In this document: positions 18,617-28,603 of the stretch, in pieces
How the letters are laid out: each line of letters begins with the position of its first letter
Numbering within the stretch: position 1 is the first letter of the stretch
IMG/VR virus record: IMGVR_UViG_2740892258_000013
Strand: one strand, 5' to 3'
DNA from: a virus
Lineage: Duplodnaviria; Heunggongvirae; Uroviricota; Caudoviricetes
DNA: 28,905 nt
Program-made: the position numbers and the translations under genes
The notes under the pieces: generated by a model
The model's database searches: none
Told to the model about the DNA's origin: nothing
Seen by the model: the letters and a program-made list of their open reading frames with translations, nothing else

Positions 18617-20815
18617 TTACTGCTGTGGTTGTTGCTGAGTTGATTTTTGCAGGATGCTGCTGATGTCCATGCGCTGCGCATGGCCCTGTGCCTGACTTTT
18701 CAGGACAAGCTCTGCATCAGCACGGGCATTGTCTCCTTGCTGTTGCTGGAACTGTCCGAGCAGTTTCAGAGCCTCGCGGATATCAGATTTCTGCTGGCTA
18801 TCGGCAGATGCGAGGATTTTCACAACATTTGCCGCTGCAACCTGAGCATCAGTCTGTGCCTGGAATGCTTTAACCTGAATGGCTGCCTGCTCGTTCTGCG
18901 CTTTCTGCAATTCAGCCTGACCAGCAAGAAGCTGACCTTGCGCAGCAACCATAGCCGGATCTGGCTGACTGGCCTGTTGTTGTTTCGCCTGCTCAACCAT
19001 CTGCTGTTCTTCTGGCGTTCTCGGCTTGATAACTCCAGACAGAAGCAACTGATTGCGGTTGTATTCTTTAAGGTCGTCCATCCCTTCGCCGTCCATATTG
19101 TCGAGGATCATCGACGATACAAGGTCGTGTTTCGGCGTTCCGGGCGGGATAAGTGCCAGCATGGAAAGTAACGACTTAACCGTTGCGTCACGGCGAGTAG
19201 CGAACGACTGACCGACATCGACAGTCACTTCATAGTTACCCTGCGAAAGGTCGTTAAGCGCGATAACCTGCCCTGTCTGACGGTCAACCACTTCACCAGT
19301 CATCAGCGCCACGTCATCGCTGCCGTCCTCATTAACGATACGCATCGGCGTATCGCTGCCATAGACTTCACGAGCCATAGAAAGCCACACAACGCCAGCG
19401 CGACGCATGGATTTAGCCATGTTGTCCATGTAGATATAGGACTGCGTATCCATCCGGTTAAAGATGCTATCAACGGTATCGGTAGCAACGTTGCTCGGCA
19501 TGTTCTCAAGCTGCGACGCACCTGTAATTTGCTGAATAGCCGTTCCGGTGTACTGCAATAGCCCGGCAAGAGCTGGAGGCATTTGTGTCGGAGGCGTATA
19601 ACTGCTGACCTGAGCCTGCGCAGTAATATCTCCGTTTTTGTTTTTCAGACTGACCATCGGCAGGAACGCCGGGCGCTTTTTGTTGCGCTCCGCCCAATGA
19701 GTAGCGAGAGGACCAGGAATCATGTCAACATCAACTACAGGAATGCCATCACCGCCAGCCTGAGTAGCGTTATCTGCAATCATGGAAACCATCAGGTTCT
19801 CAAGACGCTGTGCATCCATCGCTTTTGCTGCGTGGCCTTCGATTCGTTCCTGATTATCAACAAATGAGCGACGTCCATATACCGGGATGAGAGGAATATG
19901 TTCGCCCGGAATACGCTTCGGTTCTTCCAGCCATTCAGCGCCAGACAGAAGGCCGCAATAAACGCGGCGTTTCTTCACCGTTCGCTCGCCAATCAGTTCG
20001 AATGCACCATCGGTCAGCTCGTCGACAATATCTTTGATTTGCTCTTCATCATAGATTGCCGTTTCTCCGCTAACAGGGTTGCGCCATGCCGTGAGCTTCA
20101 CCTTCTCTATGCGAACTTCGTAGTAGCGCCCAACATAGATGGCATCTGGCGTTGACCAGTCATATTGAGTGCCAGTCTCATCACGAGAAAGGCCTGCCGC
20201 GATGGAATCAGGGTATTCAGCCTCGAACGCTTTAGGCGTCATGGAGAACATTTCCATAGCCCACATAGCATCAGAACGGTCATATTGCTTGCTGTCCTGA
20301 TCGAAGAAGACGCATGTCGCTGGGTCGTAAACAGGAAGAAGGCTGATGCGTCGCTGCTCGTTACTTGGGTCCATTTCATCTTCGTAATCGGCACACATGC
20401 GGAAACAACCGAATCCGCCCGTTACAGCATCATCAAATGCGTTATCACACGCTTCGCCACCTGATGTTTCCTGATAGTCAGCGCGGAATTTGCCGTTCAT
20501 CTTTTTGGCTAACGCTTCCGATGCCTTGTCATCCTTCGGCCTGAATTTAACGCTGATGCGATTCTGTCGATACTCGCCAATGATGCGATCACATTCACGG
20601 GCAATCTTATTCAGTTCAAAGCGCGGGTAATGCTCAAACCTGCCTTCATCAAATGAGTAACCAGCGTTTGTGCTGCCTTCCCACTGTGCGCCGGATACCC
20701 GGACGAAACGTTGAGCCTCAATAATCTGCTCACGCATATCCTGCGTTGCTGACCAGGCATTATCAAAGTTGCACAGCACCTTGCGATGCCAGTCAGTCAT
20801 CTTTTTTTCTGCCAT
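18617..20815 (-). CDS. Portal protein, P22 gp1-like
   Basis: 732-aa ORF. Motifs AGEHIPLIPVYG and PAMVAAQGQLLAGQAELQKAQNEQ match recalled P22 portal. Confidence 0.9.
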   Translation of the reverse strand: MAEKKMTDWHRKVLCNFDNAWSATQDMREQIIEAQRFVRVSGAQWEGSTNAGYSFDEGRFEHYPRFELNKIARECDRIIGEYRQNRISVKFRPKDDKASEALAKKMNGKFRADYQETSGGEACDNAFDDAVTGGFGCFRMCADYEDEMDPSNEQRRISLLPVYDPATCVFFDQDSKQYDRSDAMWAMEMFSMTPKAFEAEYPDSIAAGLSRDETGTQYDWSTPDAIYVGRYYEVRIEKVKLTAWRNPVSGETAIYDEEQIKDIVDELTDGAFELIGERTVKKRRVYCGLLSGAEWLEEPKRIPGEHIPLIPVYGRRSFVDNQERIEGHAAKAMDAQRLENLMVSMIADNATQAGGDGIPVVDVDMIPGPLATHWAERNKKRPAFLPMVSLKNKNGDITAQAQVSSYTPPTQMPPALAGLLQYTGTAIQQITGASQLENMPSNVATDTVDSIFNRMDTQSYIYMDNMAKSMRRAGVVWLSMAREVYGSDTPMRIVNEDGSDDVALMTGEVVDRQTGQVIALNDLSQGNYEVTVDVGQSFATRRDATVKSLLSMLALIPPGTPKHDLVSSMILDNMDGEGMDDLKEYNRNQLLLSGVIKPRTPEEQQMVEQAKQQQASQPDPAMVAAQGQLLAGQAELQKAQNEQAAIQVKAFQAQTDAQVAAANVVKILASADSQQKSDIREALKLLGQFQQQQGDNARADAELVLKSQAQGHAQRMDISSILQKSTQQQPQQ

Positions 20816-20816
20816 A

Positions 20817-22232
20817 TCAACCTACACCACAAGGAATTGAGTAACTGGAATAGTCGGGTTGCGCAGCCGACTCCGGGCAATGCATACACATCATCAGCGC
20901 ATCAGCCAGGTTAGGAGATGGGATACCGAGCTTCTGCTTCATTTCGACCTTAGTCATAAGCTCCAGTTTCCCGTTATTATTGAATTTGCGCTGAATCTGC
21001 GTCAGTTCTGCAAACAGTTTCTCCAGCATCTTCTCGCCTATCGCTTCTTTGTCGAAGCTCAGCATGTCGTCGGGGTCTGCATACTCACCGTGGACAACCG
21101 CCCGATATGTCAGATACAGCCTGTCAGCCAGCGCGTAATAGAATTGCGCTCGCTTATTGCGGAATACATCGCCAATAGTGCGAACGTTGTCACCCTGTAC
21201 GACTTCATCAGCCCATGCTCCGGCCTGATACGGAGCATCTTCATCGAATGGCGATTCGCTGCCCTTGAACATCGTGGCGGTAATTTTCTTGCCGGAGAAT
21301 GCTTCCGTTGTCTGTCTGCGTAGCCCTGCACCGACACCATCGCCATCCCACAGGTAATGGTCAGCGCCGTCTTCAATCGCCAGCGAAGTAGCCCAGTCAG
21401 CACCCTCGTTGATGTCCATCAGCAGACCTTCGGCAATGCGCTTAACTACCGAACCGTGACGCGATGCATAACCTTTAGCATCTGGCCCTGTATCTGATGG
21501 GTCATGCGCAGAGACAACAGCGCCTTTCGCTTTCCATCCGAGTTTCTTGTGCGCATCGGTTGCGGCTTCAAGCCATTCACGTTTGATGATTGCCATATCA
21601 CTTGCGCTTACTGGCTCACCAAGCCAGATGTGACGATACAGTGTCGGGTTTCTGCGTTTACACTCTTCCATCTCCAGACGGAGAACTTCAGGAAAGTGCG
21701 GGTTGTCGGTGTAGTTCACCGTCAGCAGACAAATATCATCGGGAGGGTTTACTACGAATCGCTGATAGGTATCGTCGAGGATGTTTTTCGGGTTGAAGCT
21801 CACCCATATTTCGGAAAATGGCTTGCGGATGGTTGGTATCAGGATATCCCATGATTCCTTCGTTACCGCTTCCGCTTCCTCCACCCAGCAGATATCAATG
21901 CCTTCGAGCGATTTAATCTTCGTCGGGTTGTTTTTGATGCCGTAGAACATGAACTCAGCATTCGTCCCGAGATGACGAATCATGGAACGCTGAATTTCAA
22001 ACTCAGCCGTATACCCTTCACGCTCTATGGTGTCTTCAAGCAGCCGGATTACCGAATCGCTGATACTGTTTTGCAGTTCACGAGCGCAGAGAATACGCAC
22101 TGGCTGCCGACGCGCCGCTTCAACAAGCAGTCTCGCAATTGCCCATGATTTACCGCTACCTCGACCGCCTTTGGCGACTTTGTAGCGATGCGCCTCAATG
22201 AACGGTTCAAAGATAGGATTAATCGAGGTCAT
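20817..22232 (-). CDS. Terminase large subunit
   Basis: 471-aa ORF with a Walker A-like motif (VAKGGRGSGKSWAIA). Overlaps the small terminase stop (ATGA). Confidence 0.9.
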   Translation of the reverse strand: MTSINPIFEPFIEAHRYKVAKGGRGSGKSWAIARLLVEAARRQPVRILCARELQNSISDSVIRLLEDTIEREGYTAEFEIQRSMIRHLGTNAEFMFYGIKNNPTKIKSLEGIDICWVEEAEAVTKESWDILIPTIRKPFSEIWVSFNPKNILDDTYQRFVVNPPDDICLLTVNYTDNPHFPEVLRLEMEECKRRNPTLYRHIWLGEPVSASDMAIIKREWLEAATDAHKKLGWKAKGAVVSAHDPSDTGPDAKGYASRHGSVVKRIAEGLLMDINEGADWATSLAIEDGADHYLWDGDGVGAGLRRQTTEAFSGKKITATMFKGSESPFDEDAPYQAGAWADEVVQGDNVRTIGDVFRNKRAQFYYALADRLYLTYRAVVHGEYADPDDMLSFDKEAIGEKMLEKLFAELTQIQRKFNNNGKLELMTKVEMKQKLGIPSPNLADALMMCMHCPESAAQPDYSSYSIPCGVG

Positions 22233-22669
22233 TTTCCGAATAGAGTACTCATCGGTGATGTTTCAATCTGGATTGCGCCGCCGTCTTTGCCTGTTAGCTC
22301 GTGATCAACCTTGTCGCGCCATTTATCCTTCTGTCGGTTCTTAAGCCAGAAGATGGCAGCTGTTGTATCAGGCGGGTAATACTTCTCAAGAGGAGTTTCG
22401 ACAATTCTGTTTTCAATAACACGAATATCGATGTCTGGAGCCACGAAGCCCATAGCGCGTTGATAAAGACGGTCACTAACTTCTGCATCAGCGACGGCCT
22501 TACCCTTTTTTATGGACTCCGAAAACTCAGGATAATCAAGCTTCCACTTGTTAATAGTTGACTCACTGACTTCGAAGAAATCAGCAAGCTCTGCATCGGT
22601 GTAGCCCAGCAAGCACAGTTTGCGTGCCTGTTCGGCATACGCCTCTTGATACTTTGTTGGGCGCGCCAT
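22229..22669 (-). CDS. Terminase small subunit (Sf6 gp1-like)
   Basis: 146-aa ORF. The C-terminus ...TGKDGGAIQIETSPMSTLFGK matches my recollection of the Sf6 small terminase. Confidence 0.8.
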   Translation of the reverse strand: MARPTKYQEAYAEQARKLCLLGYTDAELADFFEVSESTINKWKLDYPEFSESIKKGKAVADAEVSDRLYQRAMGFVAPDIDIRVIENRIVETPLEKYYPPDTTAAIFWLKNRQKDKWRDKVDHELTGKDGGAIQIETSPMSTLFGK

Positions 22670-22671
22670 GT

Positions 22672-22914
22672 TTATGCTCCGGTGGTGAACAGGTCTAACG
22701 CTTCCTTCGATTTACGCACCGCTTCGATAGTGCGGGTCGTGATATCTGAATTAGCGCCGCCTGACTGGAAGTGAATTTTGAATAGCTCAAGCTTCAGTTC
22801 GTCAGTGCCAATGAACTGAAATGCTTCCTCTGCGGCTGCGTTCTGGTTCATGACCAGCTTGTAAATCTCTAACTGGAATTTCTGTTCTTCAGTCATGGGA
22901 ATAATCTCTGCCAT
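22672..22914 (-). CDS. Hypothetical protein upstream of the terminase genes
   Basis: 80-aa ORF ending 2 nt before the small terminase start. No recognisable motifs. Confidence 0.5.
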   Translation of the reverse strand: MAEIIPMTEEQKFQLEIYKLVMNQNAAAEEAFQFIGTDELKLELFKIHFQSGGANSDITTRTIEAVRKSKEALDLFTTGA

Positions 22915-23141
22915 TGTTGGCTCCGTTTATCCGTTAAAAGGGATATCAGTTAAGTTATCCCGTGTAGGGTATAAGCCATTGTCGAGACCACTCATTGAAT
23001 GGTCTCTGCAATAACCGATGTCTTTCCATCAGTCCGCCACCACAAAGAATCTTTTTTGCCATAAGGCAGGAGGTTCATCTTTCAGTGGCTGCCAGTGTTA
23101 TTTCCCCACTTTCTGGCTTGGGTTGTTTCGCTGTACTGCCG

Positions 23142-23684
23142 TTAATTGGTGAGTCCGGGGATTACGGTTTGCCCGTGCTGTTCAAGGCGTTCAATTCTCG
23201 CCAGTAGCTGAGGCTTCTTAATTTTTCCCCAGCGATTAAGCAGGCGGCCTGACATGCTGGCAACATCCTTCTCTTTCATGTACTCCAGCATTACGGCATT
23301 TCTCTCTTCTTCAAATTGACGATGACCAACCTGAAGCATGGCGTACATCCAGTTGAATGCGTTGATGTAAGCAATTTTGATACGCATTGCTTCTTTTTTG
23401 GTGTAGGACATAACCAAAAGCATCAACCCATCCTTGCGGAGACGGTAGAATTTTTGCGGCTTACCATTCTGTAACTCATTGTTTTTATAGCAAAGCTCAA
23501 AGTTGAGCTTTGTATCAAACTCAGGAGGGCAAGCTTCTATGGTTCGTTCAATGTCACGAACCACGTTCTTCGGCAGCTTTCCAAATGCTTTTGCCACCAT
23601 AAAAGAATCTGTAACCGGATCGTTGTTTGCTACAAAAATTAGGTCTCTGAAATCTATATCGTTAACAACGGTTGGGTAGTTCAT
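23142..23684 (-). CDS. Rha-family phage regulatory protein
   Basis: Internal start MNYPTVVNDIDF...VTDSFMVAKAFGKLPKNVVRDIERTIEA resembles the Rha domain. The ORF-track N-terminal extension is rejected. Confidence 0.55.
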   Translation of the reverse strand: MNYPTVVNDIDFRDLIFVANNDPVTDSFMVAKAFGKLPKNVVRDIERTIEACPPEFDTKLNFELCYKNNELQNGKPQKFYRLRKDGLMLLVMSYTKKEAMRIKIAYINAFNWMYAMLQVGHRQFEEERNAVMLEYMKEKDVASMSGRLLNRWGKIKKPQLLARIERLEQHGQTVIPGLTN

Positions 23685-24029
23685 TGCGTCTTTACCTTTT
23701 AGAAAGATGAGCCTGTTCGCACAGAAAAGCCGCCCCGAGATGGTCGCCACCATATACGGCAGTTCTCAGGCTCAGCTTTCTGAAAGACTCGGGATTGTTA
23801 CGCGCTGCGATGCGCGGTTTACTGCAGATATAAAAAAGCCCCGCGAATGCGAGGCTAAATCCTGGTATTTGTAATGACTGGCTCTTATCTCAACGCAGCC
23901 CCTTACCGCGCGCCAGATGCTCAATATCAAGCATCAGCAATGAGATGTTTAATCTGGATTCACTCCAGAAGTGATCACCACCCTGTCTACAGAGCCAGAT
24001 GTGAAGGATGATGAGTAAAATTATCGCTA

Positions 24030-24467
24030 TCATCGAAGGCATTGCGTCCTGATGTACTCCTGCAGGTAGTTAACCTGCGCGGTTATCCTGTCGATTCCAC
24101 TTCGGAGACGGTAATAATTGAGTTCAGCATCTGCTGTAAGTCTTGGGTTTTCTCCATCGCCCATGCTGCTGGCTCCGGTCGTTGACTTTGCACAGGTGGC
24201 GGCGACTTGCAGGCGCTTACGCCCAGCAGAAACATCAGCACGGAGACTTTCGATAGTCGCGTTAGCATCAGCAAGCTCCTTTGTGTATCTTGCGTCGAGT
24301 TCTGCTACATCACGTTGACGCTTCCGCATATCAGCGATGATGGATGTGGCTTTATCGCGCTGCTCTTTGTAGGCGATTGCATTATCACGGTAATGATTAA
24401 CAGCCCATGACAGGCAGACGATGATGCAAATAATCAGAGCGGAGATAATCGCGGTGACTCTGCTCAT
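24030..24467 (-). CDS. Rz: Spanin inner-membrane subunit Rz
   Basis: 145-aa ORF ([31 protein letters not shown]...) similar to lambda Rz. Overlaps the R stop (ATGA). Confidence 0.85.
   Translation of the reverse strand: MSRVTAIISALIICIIVCLSWAVNHYRDNAIAYKEQRDKATSIIADMRKRQRDVAELDARYTKELADANATIESLRADVSAGRKRLQVAATCAKSTTGASSMGDGENPRLTADAELNYYRLRSGIDRITAQVNYLQEYIRTQCLR
24083..24274 (-). CDS. Rz1: Spanin outer-membrane lipoprotein Rz1 (embedded in Rz, +1 frame)
   Basis: 63-aa ORF inside Rz with a lipobox-like LLGVSAC and proline-rich mature part, as in lambda Rz1. Confidence 0.7.
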   Translation of the reverse strand: MLMLTRLSKVSVLMFLLGVSACKSPPPVQSQRPEPAAWAMEKTQDLQQMLNSIITVSEVESTG

Positions 24468-24940
24468 ACCTCAATCTCTCTGACCGTTCCGCCAGCCTCT
24501 TTGAATTTTGCAATCAGGTTGTCAGCCTTATGCTCGAACTGACCATAACCAGCGCCCGGCAGTGAAGCCCAGATATTGCTGCAACGGTCGATTGCCTGAC
24601 GAATATCACCGCGGTCAATCATCGGTAAAGCGCCACGCTCTTTAATCTGCTGCAATGCCACAGCGTCCTGACTTTTCGGAGAGAAGTCTTTCAGACCAAG
24701 CTGCTTACGGTAGGCATCCCACCAACGGGAAAGAAGCTGGTAGCGTCCGGCGGCTGTTGATTTGAGTTTTGGGTTTAGCGTGACAAGCTTGCGAGGGTGA
24801 TCGGAGTAATCAGTAAATAGCTCTCCGCCTACAATGACGTCATAACCATGATTTCTGGTTTTCTGCCGTCCGTTATCAGTTCCCTCTGACCACGCCAGCA
24901 TATCGAGGAACGCCTTACGTTGATTATTGATTTCCACCAT
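24464..24940 (-). CDS. R: Endolysin, lambda R-type lytic transglycosylase
   Basis: 158-aa ORF ([51 protein letters not shown]...), essentially identical to recalled lambda R. Confidence 0.95.
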   Translation of the reverse strand: MVEINNQRKAFLDMLAWSEGTDNGRQKTRNHGYDVIVGGELFTDYSDHPRKLVTLNPKLKSTAAGRYQLLSRWWDAYRKQLGLKDFSPKSQDAVALQQIKERGALPMIDRGDIRQAIDRCSNIWASLPGAGYGQFEHKADNLIAKFKEAGGTVREIEV

Positions 24941-25247
24941 CTTCTACTCCGGCTTTTTTAGCAGCGAAGCGTTTGATAAGCGAACCAATCGAGTCAGTAC
25001 CGATGTAGCCGATGAACACGCTCGTTATATAAGCGAGATTGCTACTTAGTCCGGCGAAGTCGAGAAGGTCACGAATGAACCAGGCGATAATGGCGCACAT
25101 CGTTGCGTCGATTACTGTTTTTGTAAACGCACCGCCATTATATCTGCCGCGAAGGTACGCCATTGCAAACGCAAGGATTGCCCCGATGCCTTGTTCCTTT
25201 GCCGCGAGAATGGCGGCTAACAGGTCATGTTTTTCTGGCATCTTCAT
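24924..25247 (-). CDS. S: Class I holin, lambda S-type with dual-start motif
   Basis: 107-aa ORF ([43 protein letters not shown]...), essentially identical to recalled lambda S. Met1-Lys2-Met3 dual start. Overlaps R by 17 nt as in lambda. Confidence 0.95.
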   Translation of the reverse strand: MKMPEKHDLLAAILAAKEQGIGAILAFAMAYLRGRYNGGAFTKTVIDATMCAIIAWFIRDLLDFAGLSSNLAYITSVFIGYIGTDSIGSLIKRFAAKKAGVEDGGNQ

Positions 25248-25360
25248 GTCTTACCCCCAATAAGGGGATTTGCTCTATTTAATTAGGAATAAGGTCGATT
25301 ACTGATAGAACAAATCCAGGCTACTGTGTTTAGTAATCAGATTTGTTCGTGACCGATATG

Positions 25361-25402
25361 CACGGGCAAAACGGCATGAGGTTGTTAGCGCAACCTCATG
25401 CC
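25361..25402 (-). terminator. Candidate late-leader terminator (tR'-like hairpin) upstream of the holin gene
   Basis: On the minus strand: 12-bp perfect stem GGCATGAGGTTG/CAACCTCATGCC with a 6-nt loop, followed by GTTTTG. The U-tract is weak. Confidence 0.35.
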
Positions 25403-25843
25403 ACCCGCTTTCACGAAGGTCATGTGTAGAAGGCCGCAGCATAACTATCACTGATGAATTCAGGATAGCCAGTGGCTACGGCTCAGGTTGGGTTGTGGCG
25501 GTCGGTGCTGAACTCCGACTTAATGACGATAGGCGTGTACCGACGCCTCGTTTTACTTCCTCCGCTTTCACGGCTTCACCCTAGACCAGCTTTACGAAAT
25601 CCTCGTAAACCTAACCGCGGCAGATATGACCGGCACGGTGTGCCATATCACGGACCGGCGGGTGTCTCGTTCACCTGATTAACGCATCAGCCTGCGTATT
25701 CACCACAACGATAAGAGTACTGCGCGGCACCTTTCACCAATTCCGCGAGGTCTGCGGGTTCAATGCTCTTACCTGTTGTGCAAACAAAAAAGCCACCGTT
25801 GCAACTTAAGAGTCACTAACGGCAGCTTACCTTCTAATTATGG

Positions 25844-26362
25844 CTAAATGGATAATTGCATGTCAAGGTTTTTAACAGCAACATGCTTAACTTTCTCAAC
25901 ACGTTTACGCATTTTGAAAGCATTTTGCATTGGCTGGTATAAAACAAATAATGACGCTTTCAGGATGTCGTCAATTTCGTTTCTACAGGTTGCCAGTGAA
26001 GGTTTTCTCCATCCCTCGCCACCACGTCCACACATCTTGCGTGGCTTTGCAGTCGCGTGATAGTAGGATGCAATTGCTCGCTTAGATGAACCATGAGCGT
26101 AGTAGCTGAGGAGGATGCCAAAGGCTTTCTTGTCAATGTACATGACGGAATCAACGACCTGAGAAATCAACATTCCATCATCATCATTACACATTGGCCT
26201 TGTCATAATTCTTCCCGGCTCTACGCTCTCCATGAACTTCGCTATTACGCTGCTCATGCGCTTTTCCAGACGACCTGAATAAACCCATGCGCCCCACAGT
26301 TCAAGCCAGCCATTCAGCCACTCGTGCTGCTCTTTGGTGAGGTTTAGTTCTCTTATGCTCAT
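25844..26362 (-). CDS. Q: Late-gene antiterminator Q (QuuD/phage-21 type)
   Basis: 172-aa ORF between ninH and the lysis genes. Motifs ELWGAW, RPMCNDDDGMLIS and LLSYYAHGSS resemble the QuuD-type Q family (recalled); it is unlike lambda Q. Confidence 0.7.
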   Translation of the reverse strand: MSIRELNLTKEQHEWLNGWLELWGAWVYSGRLEKRMSSVIAKFMESVEPGRIMTRPMCNDDDGMLISQVVDSVMYIDKKAFGILLSYYAHGSSKRAIASYYHATAKPRKMCGRGGEGWRKPSLATCRNEIDDILKASLFVLYQPMQNAFKMRKRVEKVKHVAVKNLDMQLSI

Positions 26363-26547
26363 CGTCTTCCCCTCTTGCCTTGTTTGACCATCAGGACGCC
26401 GTTAACTATTACGTGACGCTCGCCTTTGCTGTCTCGGTTGTACTTGAGCACTGTTCCTCTTGCGCAGGAAAGCATCCTCGCCACTTCGGTCTGATTGCCT
26501 CGTGTCTGGATAAGAAGCTCTGGTATCGTTTGAATTGTGGCGTTCAT
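26359..26547 (-). CDS. ninH: NinH
   Basis: 62-aa ORF. Motif GNQTEVARMLSCARGTVLKY...HVIVNGVLMV resembles recalled lambda NinH. Confidence 0.75.
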   Translation of the reverse strand: MNATIQTIPELLIQTRGNQTEVARMLSCARGTVLKYNRDSKGERHVIVNGVLMVKQGKRGRR

Positions 26548-26906
26548 GCGTTCTCCAGTTCGGTGATTTTTATTCCAAGCCGTCCGCCTGGTACTTTCAC
26601 ACCACGAATTACGCGAATGTCATCGAATTGCTCGTCGTCTTCCGCAAATCCGGCGTGGATAAGGGAGTCGAGTAAACCTTTCAGGATGTTGTCGAGGTCG
26701 CGGCGGCGGGAGTCTGGAACGTCTGCGATGACTTTGATACGGAGTCGTGATTTGGTGAAAATGTCTAACTTGAGTTGGCGGATGATTTGCTGAACGTCTT
26801 TTCGGTATTTCTGGCCTTTATCGCTTATGTAATATTGGCTTCCCCGTCTTCGCCAGTAGGTATTCACCGACGGCGGGTATGGAAGCACAAACTGATATTC
26901 GTTCAT
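26544..26906 (-). CDS. rusA: Holliday junction resolvase RusA
   Basis: 120-aa ORF with LPYPPSVNTYWRRRG...RRRDLDNILKGLLDSL...GGRLGIKITE, the RusA family pattern (recalled). Confidence 0.85.
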   Translation of the reverse strand: MNEYQFVLPYPPSVNTYWRRRGSQYYISDKGQKYRKDVQQIIRQLKLDIFTKSRLRIKVIADVPDSRRRDLDNILKGLLDSLIHAGFAEDDEQFDDIRVIRGVKVPGGRLGIKITELENA

Positions 26907-27193
26907 GACTTAATCTTCCCCTCCCTCAGCAGTATCGCCTGCGTTCTGATCACGCCTTCGAGGTGGTAAAGTCTGGCGTCTTTGTTGTCGAGATTATGGG
27001 TGCGTCGGTCGATTTCATCGTGACACGCACTACAAGCCCATGCACCGATCAGGTCGTCAGGCTTCATTCCCGTTCCGCAAATTCCAGCCATCCGGTAATG
27101 TGCCAGAACTGTAGTTTCAGGGTTGCCATTGCATACGCCGTAAATACGTACCTGACATTCTCTTCCGCGCGCTTCTTTGCGTAGGTTAGCCAT
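26903..27193 (-). CDS. ybcO: YbcO-like protein (DUF1364)
   Basis: 96-aa ORF (MANLRKEARGRECQVRIYGVCNGNPETTVLAHYRMAGICGTGMKPDDLIGAWACSACHDEIDRR...) resembles DLP12 YbcO (recalled). Confidence 0.7.
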   Translation of the reverse strand: MANLRKEARGRECQVRIYGVCNGNPETTVLAHYRMAGICGTGMKPDDLIGAWACSACHDEIDRRTHNLDNKDARLYHLEGVIRTQAILLREGKIKS

Positions 27194-27915
27194 TAAGCAG
27201 CCTCCCCTGTTACTTTCAGCATTCCGTTATCGAGCAGCTTTCTGGTCAGCCACTGTTGACCACGCCCGGTGATTTTTGTGGTGAACGATATCTGTATTCC
27301 GTGATTTGTGTTGACCGCTGTTTCTTTCACTGTGAAATAGCCGCGATCCATATATTCCTGCATTGGCACATTGCGCCGGGAACCTGAAGCAATAAGGATT
27401 TTGTGATCACGCATCCACGCAAACAGTTTGTTTTGACCAATACCAACAACCTTTGCAAAGTTTCCAATCAAAATTCCGCTGGCCTCGCCAACGCGATCGG
27501 CAAACTCAACTTTAGGTGCGACAATTGCGAGCTGGTTTTCCAGTTGCATTTTCTGCTCAGCAAGATCGGCAGCAAGGCGCAACGCTTCCGGTAGCGTTTT
27601 GGGGATATTAACCGCAGCTTCTTCAAGCTCTCGCCAGCGGTCAACAAGGCGAGCGGTGAACTCTGGCGACAACTGGGCAACAACGACAATACTGTCTCGC
27701 TTACCTTGTTCGCCCTCGAAGACGTAATGCTCGTACTGAACATTGAACCCTAAGTTATTGATTCTTTCGGAAACCTCAATTTGAGGAAGCCGGATAACAC
27801 CATTTTTAGCCAGCGTTTCGATGGTACGTTTCACATTGTCATGACGCTTACCAACCAACTCAGCAATTTCAATGCTTGTCATTTTGATGGCATTGCCATT
27901 CATTAACTCATTCAT
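27193..27915 (-). CDS. Rha-family regulatory protein with C-terminal KilAC/ANT-like antirepressor domain
   Basis: 240-aa ORF. N-terminal MTSIEIAELVGKRHDNVKRTIETL is a Rha-like motif; the C-terminal region (NVPMQEYMDRGYFTVKETAVNTNHGIQISFTTKITGRGQQWL) is KilAC-like. Confidence 0.55.
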   Translation of the reverse strand: MNELMNGNAIKMTSIEIAELVGKRHDNVKRTIETLAKNGVIRLPQIEVSERINNLGFNVQYEHYVFEGEQGKRDSIVVVAQLSPEFTARLVDRWRELEEAAVNIPKTLPEALRLAADLAEQKMQLENQLAIVAPKVEFADRVGEASGILIGNFAKVVGIGQNKLFAWMRDHKILIASGSRRNVPMQEYMDRGYFTVKETAVNTNHGIQISFTTKITGRGQQWLTRKLLDNGMLKVTGEAA

Positions 27916-28084
27916 CGTCTTCTTCCTCGTACATTGAGCTATTCGGATCGCTCATCAGTTCTGCGCAGCAGTGCTCACACATGTGAACTTCCAGCACATG
28001 CAGCTTCTGACCGCAGTTAGCGCACGTTAAAGCTCGCTCGACGCTTTCTTTCTGGCATTGAAGGGATTGGGATGGGCTAAGCAT
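27908..28084 (-). CDS. ninF: NinF
   Basis: 58-aa ORF, too short for the ORF track, found by manual translation: [58 protein letters not shown]. Near-identical to recalled lambda NinF. Confidence 0.7.
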   Translation of the reverse strand: MLSPSQSLQCQKESVERALTCANCGQKLHVLEVHMCEHCCAELMSDPNSSMYEEEDDE

Positions 28085-28430
28085 TATTGGCGTCCTGCAT
28101 CATGAGAAAGACAATCATGGCGGCGCGGAGTTGGTTTTCATCTTGAGTCATATGATATGGGGTGCTATCACTGCCAACTTTTCTATGCGCTGCCTTCCAT
28201 AATCCATTTTCTGGCGCTGGAATAATGCCAATTCTGTTCTCTACGATAATCGGCTCTGCGTCTTCAGGATTATTGCAGTAGTCGTACCATCGATAATTAC
28301 CATTTGATTCATTGCCGACAGACCGTCCATCTGCGTTGTGCGGATAACCTAATGGTATTGCCCCCACTATCGCTTTAAATACTCGCTTGTTAATTTCAAA
28401 ATCACTTAACTGTGAATAATCCATTGTCAT
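28077..28430 (-). CDS. NinX-like protein (P22 nin region)
   Basis: ATG at 28430 overlaps the ninE stop (ATGA). Assigned by position between ninE and ninF; the family call is tentative. Confidence 0.45.
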   Translation of the reverse strand: MTMDYSQLSDFEINKRVFKAIVGAIPLGYPHNADGRSVGNESNGNYRWYDYCNNPEDAEPIIVENRIGIIPAPENGLWKAAHRKVGSDSTPYHMTQDENQLRAAMIVFLMMQDANNA

Positions 28431-28603
28431 TTCCTCGCGCGATGTCTTAGCCACCGGATATCCCACAGGTGAGCCGTGTAGTTGAAGGTTTTTACGTCAG
28501 ATTCTTTTGGGATTGGCTTGCGTTTATTTCTGGAGCGTTTCGTTGGAAGGTATTTGCAGTTTTCGCAGATGATGTCGGTGATACTTCGTCGCTGTCGTCT
28601 CAT
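28427..28603 (-). CDS. ninE: NinE
   Basis: Internal start [52 protein letters not shown]... matches recalled lambda NinE. The ATG overlaps the ninB stop (ATGA). Confidence 0.7.
   Translation of the reverse strand: MRRQRRSITDIICENCKYLPTKRSRNKRKPIPKESDVKTFNYTAHLWDIRWLRHRARK

Noticed and set aside
18032-19171. Plus-strand ORFs antisense to the scaffold and portal genes (for example 18032-18364, 18647-19171)
   Set aside because: Shadow ORFs inside well-supported minus-strand structural genes.
23754-24029. Bor-like lipoprotein gene on the opposite strand downstream of Rz, as in lambda
   Set aside because: Only a 47-aa plus-strand ORF is present, with no signal-peptide or lipobox features resembling Bor.
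25403-25843. tRNA gene between Q and the lysis genes, as in some lambdoid phages
   Set aside because: Inspected by eye; no cloverleaf-compatible sequence or conserved T-loop motif (GTTCGA-like) was recognised.
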